Assembly: GCA_051439605.1 (NCBI GenBank)
Contig: JBFRWN010000074.1
Span: 1 to 20,721, forward strand
Direction of reading: 5' to 3'
Origin: Synechococcus sp.
GTDB taxonomy: Bacteria > Cyanobacteriota > Cyanobacteriia > Thermostichales > PCC-7336
Length of the DNA stretch: 20,721 nt
In this document: positions 1 to 8,031 of the stretch, piece after piece
Numbering within the stretch: the first letter of the stretch is position 1
Layout: each line of letters begins with the position of its first letter
The notes under the pieces: model-generated
Told to the model about the DNA's origin: nothing
The model's input: the letters and a program-made list of their open reading frames with translations, nothing else
Database searches by the model: none
Position numbers and translations under genes: made by a program

Positions 1-66
1 AGCTTCAATCAGGCGATCCACTTCGGCATCTTGCGCATGACATTCGCTGCCGATCCTTCTTTCCAA
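1..66 (-). CDS. possible 5' end of a gene running off the left edge (LERRIGSECHAQDAEVDRLIEA...), product unknown
   Basis: Open frame from TTG at 66 to the window edge, bounded upstream by an in-frame TAG; protein-like helical sequence; too short to assign. Confidence 0.3.
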   Translation of the reverse strand, partial: MERRIGSECHAQDAEVDRLIEA

Positions 67-391
67 ACTATTCTTCTACTTCGAATTTGCTCTCAACGAC
101 GGAGATTCCTTTTTCAGCAAGCCCTATCTAGAGCTGTTAAGGTTTTTTCTCAACCATCGGACATTTATGCGAAGCGAGCATCCCGAGCGGGTGGGGGAAA
201 AGTCCAGTGGAACTGACGACGGGGCAACCGCATCCTCATTGGTTGGAGCTTTTGGGCTTTGAGCGCTTCCGACGCCCAGCCTAATATCGCAGCCTGACGA
301 CCCATTTCGGCGCTTACCGCAGCCATCAATAAGGTGGCTCGTTTTTGCCTGTTTTATTACCCAAAATCGAATGTTTTTGAAACAAGCCGTA

Positions 392-802
392 TTAAGCGTC
401 TGGAATGCGGTCGTAATCGTCATTGAAGCGAATGATGTCATCCTCACCGAGATACTGACCGTTTTGAACTTCAATAATCACGAGGGGAATCACCCCAGGA
501 TTTTCCAGGCGGTGTCTGCTGCAGGGTGGAACAAACGTTGATTGATTGTTCGATAACACCTGTTCGCTACCATCGCAGGTTACCTTCGCCGTACCGGAAA
601 CTACAATCCAGTGTTCGCTTCGATGATGATGCATTTGCAGGCTAAGACGGTGCTTGGGCTCGACCACAATCCGCTTAATCTTGTAGCCAGGTCCCTCTTC
701 TAGCACCGTGTAAGTTCCCCACGGGCGTCTTTCGGTTACTAACTGAGTTTCCGGTTCGGACTGAACGGCTGTCAAGTCTGAAGTCGCAGGTGCTTTTGAC
801 AT
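392..802 (-). CDS. cupin-domain protein, stand-alone mannose-6-phosphate isomerase type II (ManC C-terminal-like) domain
   Basis: RPWG...LSLQMHHHRSEHWIVVSG...HRLENPG...IEVQNGQYLGEDDIIR is the MannoseP_isomer signature. Confidence 0.9.
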   Translation of the reverse strand: MSKAPATSDLTAVQSEPETQLVTERRPWGTYTVLEEGPGYKIKRIVVEPKHRLSLQMHHHRSEHWIVVSGTAKVTCDGSEQVLSNNQSTFVPPCSRHRLENPGVIPLVIIEVQNGQYLGEDDIIRFNDDYDRIPDA

Positions 803-980
803 AACTTCACCTCGATAGACGTTTTCAATTATACATTGTCAATTTTAAGCACTACTCATGTTTATGTAATGCCAAATTTGAACAACTGTTCTACTAGCTA
901 CCCTACTTTGGAGCAGAATAACCGGCACCGTTCCAATCTAACTAAACGAGATTGGCTATGAAACTTGGCAGCTGTTATCC

Positions 981-1259
981 TCATAACCCACCAGCGATCG
1001 CGGGGATAATGCTAACAACATCGCCATCGCTCAAGCCAGTGCTGGTGTTGTCCAGGAAGCGAATATCTTCGTCGTTCACGTAGAAATTAACAAAACGGCG
1101 CAAGCTACCGGAATCATCGCACAATCGCTTTTTAATGCCGGGACAAGAAGACTCTAGCGAGTCGAGTAGTTCAGTAATGGTGCCGCCTTCGCATTCCACT
1201 TCCGCTAGATTGTTGGTGAGTTTCTGCAGAGGGGTGGGAATCAGAACTTTGATAGCCAT
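981..1259 (-). CDS. MoaD/ThiS/CysO-family ubiquitin-like sulfur carrier protein
   Basis: [15 protein letters not shown]...[16 protein letters not shown]...[12 protein letters not shown] at 1259 preferred over the upstream TTG start at 1280. Confidence 0.9.
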   Translation of the reverse strand: MAIKVLIPTPLQKLTNNLAEVECEGGTITELLDSLESSCPGIKKRLCDDSGSLRRFVNFYVNDEDIRFLDNTSTGLSDGDVVSIIPAIAGGL

Positions 1260-1374
1260 AGGGTGTTTACTTTCAGACAATGAACTGGAATAAGTGGAAT
1301 TTGGTCAGAGGGAATGAACAGTAGTGACGTTCGGTGCAAGCCAAAAAGCTCAACCGAGGGCCAGAATCAGGTGG

Positions 1375-2688
1375 TTATACCGTAACCTCTTGCCAATCGA
1401 GACGCTCCAGGGTGCGGGCGCGCTCTAAAGCTTGCTCAAAGCTCTCCAGTTTGGGTGAGATGACCAAGGGATGACCGACGTGGGACTGGATCGCCTCCTG
1501 GGTCTTGAGACCGTTACCGGTAATGTAGGCAACGGTGACTTCATCAGCACCAATTCGACCGGACTCCGCCAATTTCTTCAGTACGGCAACGGTAGTTCCA
1601 CCAGCGGTTTCAGTGAAGATGCCTTCGGTCTCTGCTAGCAGCTTGATGCCTTCAATGATTTCGGGGTCGTTGGCCGCTTCGATGTTGCCGTTTGTCTTGC
1701 GGGCTAGCTCAAGGGCGTAGATGCCGTCAGCGGGGTTACCGATCGCGATGGACTTGGCGATGGTGTTGGGCTTCACGGGGGTAACGAAGTCCCGACCGTC
1801 TTTGAATGCCTGATAGATGGGAGAGCAGCCTTCAGCCTGGGCGCCGCTCATGCGGACATCTTTGGCCTCAACCAGACCAGTCTTGATGAATTCTTGGAAA
1901 CCCTTGTACACCTTGTTGTACATGGAGCCGGAAGCCAGCGGGGTAACTACATGGTCGGGCAGTTGCCAACCCAGCTGCTCGGCCACCTCGAAGCCCAGCG
2001 TCTTGGAGCCTTCGGAGTAATAGGGACGAAGGTTAATGTTGACAAAGCCCCAGCCGTAGGTGTTGGCCACTTCGGAGCAGAGGCGATTCACCTGGTCGTA
2101 GTTGCCCTCAACCGCCATCACGGTGGGGTTATAGATCAGAGAGCCCAATACTTTGCCTGCTTCCAGATCGGAGGGAATGAAAATAGTGCATTCCAGACCC
2201 GCATGGGCGGCGATCGCCGCGACGGAGTTGGCCAGATTACCGGTGCTGGCGCAGGAGACAGTGCTGAATCCGAGTTCTACAGCGCGTGTCAGGGCCACGG
2301 ATACCACCCGATCCTTGAAGCTCAAGGTGGGCATGTTGACTGCATCGTTCTTGATGTAGAGGTTGTTCAGACCCAAGCGGCGACCCAACCGCTCGGCCTT
2401 AACTAAAGGGGTCATGCCGGTGCCGACATCGATGGGGGTATCGGTATCGACAGGCAAAAACTCGCGGTAGCGCCAGATGGAGTTGGGACCGTTAGCAATA
2501 CTGTCGCGCGAGACCGTCCGCTTGATGAGGTCGTAATCGTAGGCCACTTCTAAAGGACCAAAGCAAAATTCGCAAACGTGTTGAGCGGTGGCTTCGTGAT
2601 GTTCGCCGCACTCTTTACATTGCAGGTGGCTGACTTTGGAGGTGAGAGCGGTGGATAGCTCTGACACCGGAGAAATAGCTTGGGTCAT
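1375..2688 (-). CDS. thrC: threonine synthase-family PLP enzyme (fold type II) with N-terminal CxxC...CxxC; true substrate uncertain
   Basis: PTLSFKDR (PLP lysine), CASTGNLA, EGSKT, SIAIGNP, ETAGG and TGNGLK motifs. Confidence 0.88.
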   Translation of the reverse strand: MTQAISPVSELSTALTSKVSHLQCKECGEHHEATAQHVCEFCFGPLEVAYDYDLIKRTVSRDSIANGPNSIWRYREFLPVDTDTPIDVGTGMTPLVKAERLGRRLGLNNLYIKNDAVNMPTLSFKDRVVSVALTRAVELGFSTVSCASTGNLANSVAAIAAHAGLECTIFIPSDLEAGKVLGSLIYNPTVMAVEGNYDQVNRLCSEVANTYGWGFVNINLRPYYSEGSKTLGFEVAEQLGWQLPDHVVTPLASGSMYNKVYKGFQEFIKTGLVEAKDVRMSGAQAEGCSPIYQAFKDGRDFVTPVKPNTIAKSIAIGNPADGIYALELARKTNGNIEAANDPEIIEGIKLLAETEGIFTETAGGTTVAVLKKLAESGRIGADEVTVAYITGNGLKTQEAIQSHVGHPLVISPKLESFEQALERARTLERLDWQEVTV

Positions 2689-2734
2689 CTCTAAGACTTG
2701 GTATTTGGGTCAACGATACAAATCATTGAGAGCT

Positions 2735-2763
2735 AAGTTAGCATTCTGTTTTTCGCTTGTCAA
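2735..2763 (-). promoter_or_regulatory. sigma70-type promoter of the thrC-like/sulfur carrier operon
   Basis: Minus strand reads TTGACA (2763-2758), 17-bp spacer ending TGC, TAACTT (2740-2735), i.e. an extended -10; 46 nt upstream of the ATG at 2688. Confidence 0.75.
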
Positions 2764-2794
2764 ACAATTCAGACTATTTTAGTCTGAATTGTTT
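2762..2794. promoter_or_regulatory. perfect 15-3-15 palindromic operator, Rrf2/IscR-type core
   Basis: AAACAATTCAGACTA-TTT-TAGTCTGAATTGTTT; core GACTA-www-TAGTC matches the IscR type-1 core GACTRwwwYAGTC; overlaps the -35 by 2 nt. Confidence 0.7.
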
Positions 2795-2870
2795 CAGGCT
2801 TTTCCTGGTAAGGCTTTCGGCCGTTTTAGGGTGTCTGAAGTGCTGTGGAACGAGAAAAAATATTTGTGGC

Positions 2871-2899
2871 AATAAAAAAAGCTCCCGGTAGAGAGCTTT
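2871..2899 (-). terminator. rho-independent terminator at the 3' end of 6S RNA
   Basis: Minus strand AAAGCTC-tctaccgg-GAGCTTT followed by TTTTATT. Confidence 0.7.
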
Positions 2900-3068
2900 G
2901 CTTTGGCTATTCATTTGTAAAAAGGGTTAGTCCCGCAGTGCCGTCTTACCTCAGGTTTCGACCCCTGATTGCCAGGAAAGAGTCTCGGCAGCCTTAGATA
3001 GTTTCCGGGTTGTTACGTGGCGAACCACTACCCGGCCTACTGCTCTGTAGCTTATCTCCCGACTCCTG
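2874..3068 (-). ncRNA. ssrS: 6S RNA (cyanobacterial 6Sa/SsaA); ends approximate
   Basis: Minus strand GCAGTAGGCCGGGTAGTGGTTCGCCACGTAACAACCCGG...GCTGCCGAGACT...CTGGCAATCAGGGGTCGAAACCTGAGGTAAGACGGCACTGC follows the cyanobacterial 6S pattern as I recall it; GCAGT..GCCG pairs with CGGCACTGC; about 190 nt between a TAATCT -10 (3081-3076) and a U-tract terminator. Confidence 0.8.
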
Positions 3069-3200
3069 ATGTCGAAGATTACAGATCAAAAAACATATTG
3101 GCAGTCACCAACACCTCAGGACTTGAATCATATTAGCGCAGTTCACCGGGTTACTTGGGTTTTTGGCCTACAAATTGGGACTGTGGATTTTACGGATCTT

Positions 3201-3320
3201 AAGAGGGGTGGACTGGCGTTGAAAGATTGCGAGGGGCGCGACCGCCCCCTCGTGCTCCCGCGACAAAGGGGCGAGGCGCTTTCCCCTTGACCCCTGTTGC
3301 CACAATCGTGAAGAGGGGAG
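3201..3320. repeat. GC-rich double-hairpin REP/MITE-like element
   Basis: Hairpins CGAGGGGCG-cgac-CGCCCCCTCG (3230-3252) and AAGGGG...CCCCTT (3266-3288), bracketed by direct repeat AAGAGGGG at 3201 and 3311. Confidence 0.45.
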
Positions 3321-3403
3321 GCCCCGTTCGGAGGCCGGTAGAGATAAGAAGTGCGTTCGAAAATATTTGAAGAGGGGGAGGAATTAGATCTAAAAGAATG
3401 GAC

Positions 3404-4867
3404 TTAGAGATCGAAGACAATCAGCTTGATTTCAGTCATTTCCTCGATTGCATAACGGGGGCCTTCTCGGCCTGAGCCGGATTTTCCACGGCCTCCGTAG
3501 GGCATGTGGTCCACTCGCCAGGTGGGGCTGTTGTTAATTAGCACCGTTCCGGGGGTGAGCTCTCGACCGGCTTTTAGGGCTAAGCGATAGTCGTTGGTGA
3601 ATACCCCCGCGTTTAAGCCTGTGTAGGGGGTGTCGTTGGCGATCGCGATCGCCTCGTCAAAGGTGGCGTAGGGTTGCAGCACCACTACGGGACCGAACAC
3701 TTCGCTGCAGGCCATTGTGGTTTCTGGAGGCAGATTTTCGATAACGGTTGGGAGATAGCAGGTGGAGTGCTCTGCATGCACCTGTCCCCCGGTCAGAATG
3801 GTGGCTCCCGCAGCAGCGGCTTCCGTCACCCATTGATGCACTCGCTCGACGTCTTTCTGGCGCACCAGCGGCCCCACAAACGTGTGTTCGTCAAGCTGAT
3901 CGCCCACCCCTAAAGCATTGACGGCAGCTAGAAACTTCTGTTTGAACTGCTCGTAAATGGCGGCATGCACCAACACTCGCTGGGTATGGATGCACACTTG
4001 ACCGGAAAAAGCGAACCCGCCAAAGACACATTTCTCAACGGCTAGATCTAGGTCAGCATCGCTATGGACGATCGCCGGGCTCATGGAGCCAAGCTCTAAC
4101 ATGACTTTCTTCTCGCGGGCTAGCGATCGCAGGTGCCACCCCACATCGGCGCTACCAGTAAATGTCAGCACTTCGATGCGAGGATCGGTGGCCAACGTTT
4201 CGGCGATCGCCCCTCCGCAGGGCACCACGTTAAAGACGCCGGGGGGTAAACCCGCTTCGGACAAAATCTCCGCCAGCATGAGGGCGGGGGATGGCCCGTC
4301 GCTGGGGGGCTTCATCACGACGGTGTTTCCGGCGGCTAGAGCAGGAGCTACTTTGTGAGCGACCAAGTTAAGAGGGAAGTTGAACGGGGTGATGCCGCCC
4401 ACAACGCCAAGGGGTTGGTGCATGGTGACTGCAAATTTCCCTTCCCCATTGGGCACGACGTCCATGGGAATTTGTTCTCCCCGCAATTCCAGACAGGCGT
4501 GGGCCGCATCTTGAAAGGTCTTGACTGCTCGGCTGGCTTCCCCACGCGCAACTTTAATCGGCTTGCCTACTTCCTCAGCGATCGCTTGGGCCAGTTGTTC
4601 ACCCTTCGCTTCAATTAAAGATGCTGCATTGGTCAGTATGGTGGCTCGTTGGTGGGCTGGGGCGCCGCGCCAAAGATTGATAAAGGTGTTGTGGGCGATG
4701 GAAATGGCTTCATCCAGCAGGTCCGCATCACCAAAATGCACGCGGCTGACAGTGCTGCCGTCAAAGGGGTTAGCAATTTCTCGCACTTCTCTACCCGCTC
4801 GCCGTTGACCCCCAATCCACAGCAGTTGTTCTCGCACTTGACGATCTTGCTGTTTCAATACCTGCAT
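3404..4867 (-). CDS. NAD(P)-dependent aldehyde dehydrogenase (y4uC/GapN-like subgroup)
   Basis: ITPFNFP, FTGS, LELG, GQVC (catalytic Cys), EVFGP and MPYGG motifs; start at 4867 or 4894. Confidence 0.92.
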   Translation of the reverse strand: MQVLKQQDRQVREQLLWIGGQRRAGREVREIANPFDGSTVSRVHFGDADLLDEAISIAHNTFINLWRGAPAHQRATILTNAASLIEAKGEQLAQAIAEEVGKPIKVARGEASRAVKTFQDAAHACLELRGEQIPMDVVPNGEGKFAVTMHQPLGVVGGITPFNFPLNLVAHKVAPALAAGNTVVMKPPSDGPSPALMLAEILSEAGLPPGVFNVVPCGGAIAETLATDPRIEVLTFTGSADVGWHLRSLAREKKVMLELGSMSPAIVHSDADLDLAVEKCVFGGFAFSGQVCIHTQRVLVHAAIYEQFKQKFLAAVNALGVGDQLDEHTFVGPLVRQKDVERVHQWVTEAAAAGATILTGGQVHAEHSTCYLPTVIENLPPETTMACSEVFGPVVVLQPYATFDEAIAIANDTPYTGLNAGVFTNDYRLALKAGRELTPGTVLINNSPTWRVDHMPYGGRGKSGSGREGPRYAIEEMTEIKLIVFDL

Positions 4868-5203
4868 GGCCGAGATCCTCGCTAGGGACAACATGTCTAC
4901 CCTAGCTAAGGAGATTCTGAGGTGACTGCAGGCGTTCGGGAATCTTTACGAGTGCTTGAAAGAGTCAATGGCAATCTGTAAAAATCCAAAGCATGGCATA
5001 CAAGCAATGCTGAGTAAAATCCTATGCATACATCTACTGGATAACTTCTAGGGGAAAGCACCAAACGATTTGGATCCAGGAATTTTACAAGAGGACTCAT
5101 GCCCAATAGTTAACGTAATCTAGGCAGTGCTCATTTTCCTCCGAGTGGAACTTTCAGGAAAGAAGCATATCTATTCAATAGCCTCTTTCTTTATTACACA
5201 CAG

Positions 5204-5944
5204 CTAAGGGTCTGGTTCCCGACCAGACTTTTTGTCAGTGATATAAGCTTTGACAGCTAAATCAAGGACTGATTCGGAACAATCGATCGCAGTCAAATAA
5301 CCTCTCCTATAGGAGGAGAAGTTAAAACATCTAAAAGCAAGCTGATACAAGTAATAGCGGGCTTTGTGAAAGATGAATCTTTGACAGATATAGATCTTGA
5401 GAGCAAATTTGCTACGAAAGAAATGTATAGCCTTTATTTGTGGAACCTCTTTAGACATTCGTTGTATATCAACAGTTACATCTAAATAGTCGTTTGCAAG
5501 CCTGATAAGATTATTTATCTCATCGTTAAACTTGGTGATAGGCTTTGAAAGCCAAATATCCTGAGCAATGCAGCTTCTGCTTGCTAAATAGCCTGCAACA
5601 AGCTGAGCACCTATACTTTTGCCGCAAATACTCAAATAACGTGTCAGCGATTCACTCAAGTCACATTGAGCTTCCTCCTCCATTGCCTTGAAAACAAGCT
5701 CAATTGAATATAAGGCGATAGGATGATTGTTTGGCATAAGGGAGATCATTTCTTTCTTTATTTTATTCAATCCCGTCTCGCTAGGAAGCTGTTTCGTTGA
5801 GTCATATAAATCATCAAGTTCAAAAGTCAGAACTATTAATTTGTAGATATTTACCAAATCTTTTTCGGCGACAAAGATTTGATGATTTTTCAGGATTTCA
5901 TTGTATATTTTTACGTAGTATCTGATTCCTTCTTTGTCAAGCAT
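5204..5944 (-). CDS. putative class I terpene synthase / isoprenoid synthase-fold protein (orphan, AT-rich)
   Basis: GGAG RBS upstream; DDLYD (aa 44-48), SLTRYLSICGKSIG (aa 99-112), RLANDYLDVTVD (aa 148-159). Confidence 0.55.
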   Translation of the reverse strand: MLDKEGIRYYVKIYNEILKNHQIFVAEKDLVNIYKLIVLTFELDDLYDSTKQLPSETGLNKIKKEMISLMPNNHPIALYSIELVFKAMEEEAQCDLSESLTRYLSICGKSIGAQLVAGYLASRSCIAQDIWLSKPITKFNDEINNLIRLANDYLDVTVDIQRMSKEVPQIKAIHFFRSKFALKIYICQRFIFHKARYYLYQLAFRCFNFSSYRRGYLTAIDCSESVLDLAVKAYITDKKSGREPDP

Positions 5945-6616
5945 ACTCCACTCCCATTTGTTAGAATCTGCAGCAAAGGTCGTGTAAAGTCATTAGAGAA
6001 ATTCAGGTCGGGAATTCAGGAATGAAAGCAGGTTCTGGTTGGTACAGATGTGCAAAGCACTCAAAGCTTGTGGGGAAAATTGGATGGCAAATCGCCCTTG
6101 CAGGCTACAGGCTTGCATGACGCTGGGCAAGTCAACAGTTGGATCCAATTGCTTCCTCAAGCTCGATCTCCCATTAACTTTGTTCTTGGCTGCAGCCAAC
6201 TGGAACAGGCGTTCCCCTAAATTAATCTTCGGAACAATCATCCCCGCATGGTCTCAGAATTACCGCTGTTGCACTGTCTTTGGCTGTAGGGAGCGGAGCA
6301 ACGTACGCTTAGCCCAGACAGCCGCCTCTGTTTCTCCGCGCTCTGCAACATGACTGTGGTGACGCTGATACTCCACTATCTCCATCGAAATTGCTACAAA
6401 CGGCACCACCTGTTGCTAATGGACGCTCATCAACTGTTGTCCAAGTAAAGTTATGGTTGCCATATCGATTGCATGCTTGATGGTTTGCGAGGGGAGCATC
6501 ATTACTTGCACACCATACCGATATGGACTTTGGAAAGAGGTGCCTGATGGCTGGCAACTACTGTCTTTGGATCTGTTAGTATTGGGTGCTACATAATTCT
6601 TTAGGCTTTCCGGTTC

Positions 6617-8029
6617 ATGAGTCGCGGAACATTATTTGACAAGGTGTGGAATGCGCATACGGTAGGGACGCTGCCCTCTGGCCAGACTCAGCTATTGATT
6701 GGTCTACACCTGATTCATGAAGTGACCAGCCCACAGGCGTTTGCGATGTTGCGCGAGCGCGGTTTAACGGTTGCAATGCCGAACAGAACAGTTGCAACTG
6801 TCGATCATATTGTTCCCACTGAAGATCAGTCGCGACCTCTGCAAGATGTGTTAGCGGAGGAAATGATGCAGGCATTGGAGGCCAACTGTCGGGATTTTGA
6901 TATCCAGTTGCAAAAGGTGGGGTCTGGCAAACAAGGAATTGTGCATGTTATTGCTCCCGAGCAAGGACTGACCCAGCCGGGTATGACCATTGCCTGTGGA
7001 GATAGTCACACCTCGACCCATGGGGCCTTGGGGGCGATCGCGTTTGGTATCGGTACCAGCCAAGTCAGAGATGTTCTTGCCTCTCAAACATTGGCTTTAG
7101 ACAAATTGAAGGTTCGACGAGTCGAGGTTAACGGAACGCTGGCTCCAGGTGTCTACGCGAAGGATGTCGTTCTTCACCTCATTCGCAAGTTAGGGGTGAA
7201 GGGTGGAGTGGGCTTTGCCTACGAATACGCTGGCTCGACGATCGAATCATTGTCGATGGAAGAGCGGATGACCATCTGCAACATGTCTATTGAGGGTGGG
7301 GCTCGTTGCGGCTACGTCAACCCTGATGCTGTGACCTACGAGTATCTGAAGGGGCGCGACTATGCCCCCAAGGGCAAGGATTGGGATCGGGCTTTAGCTT
7401 GGTGGGATAGCCTGCGTAGCGATGCAGATGCGGATTATGACGACATTGTGGTCTTTGACGCTGCAGATATTGCACCGACTGTAACCTGGGGGATTACCCC
7501 CGGCCAAGGGATTGCCGTGGATGAAACCATTCCCACACCCGATGAATTCTCTGCTGATGAGCGCCAGACAGTGGAAGAGGCTTATCAATATATGCACCTG
7601 TCTCCCGGTCAACCCATTCAGGGCACTAAAGTTGATGTGTGTTTTGTGGGGAGTTGTACTAACGGGCGCTTAAGCGATTTGCAGGAGGCTGCCAAATATG
7701 CAAAAGGTCGCAAAGTCGCCGCAGGGGTGAAGGCATTTATTGTGCCGGGGTCTGAAGCTGTGAAGCAGCAGGCCGAGGCAGCTGGGTTAGACGAGATATT
7801 TATCGAGGCTGGTTTTGAATGGCGTAATGCTGGATGTTCTATGTGTCTGGCGATGAACCCTGACAAGTTGGTGGGGACTCAGATGAGTGCCTCCTCTTCA
7901 AATCGCAACTTTAAGGGCCGTCAAGGATCGGCGACCGGGAGAACTCTGCTGATGAGTCCAGCTATGGTTGTGGCTGCTGCTGTTCATGGTGCAGTGGCTG
8001 ATGTTCGAGAGATGGCAACAGAGGGCTAG
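6617..8029 (+). CDS. leuC: 3-isopropylmalate dehydratase large subunit
   Basis: [36 protein letters not shown] and [12 protein letters not shown] motifs. Confidence 0.97.
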   Translation: MSRGTLFDKVWNAHTVGTLPSGQTQLLIGLHLIHEVTSPQAFAMLRERGLTVAMPNRTVATVDHIVPTEDQSRPLQDVLAEEMMQALEANCRDFDIQLQKVGSGKQGIVHVIAPEQGLTQPGMTIACGDSHTSTHGALGAIAFGIGTSQVRDVLASQTLALDKLKVRRVEVNGTLAPGVYAKDVVLHLIRKLGVKGGVGFAYEYAGSTIESLSMEERMTICNMSIEGGARCGYVNPDAVTYEYLKGRDYAPKGKDWDRALAWWDSLRSDADADYDDIVVFDAADIAPTVTWGITPGQGIAVDETIPTPDEFSADERQTVEEAYQYMHLSPGQPIQGTKVDVCFVGSCTNGRLSDLQEAAKYAKGRKVAAGVKAFIVPGSEAVKQQAEAAGLDEIFIEAGFEWRNAGCSMCLAMNPDKLVGTQMSASSSNRNFKGRQGSATGRTLLMSPAMVVAAAVHGAVADVREMATEG

Positions 8030-8031
8030 TC

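Noticed and set aside
124..474. 116-aa minus-strand ORF overlapping the cupin gene
   Set aside because: Alternative frame overlapping a well-supported gene; no recognisable motif
1535..2406. Several plus-strand ORFs inside the thrC-like gene (and similar ones opposite ALDH, leuCD, cocE, acsF, the antiporter, the porin and coaD)
   Set aside because: Antisense shadows of real genes with no motifs
2874..3068. SAM or cobalamin riboswitch upstream of the thrC-like gene
   Set aside because: Lacks SAM-I and B12-box cores, fits cyanobacterial 6S RNA better, and the operon has its own promoter downstream
3069..3420. ORFs 3069-3290 (+) and 3199-3420 (-)
   Set aside because: They read through the GC-rich hairpin element and show no protein-family signal
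5993..6557. ORFs of 82-104 aa between the orphan gene and leuC, including a Cys/Gly-rich one considered as a RiPP precursor
   Set aside because: No leader motif, no modifying enzymes nearby, mutually overlapping frames
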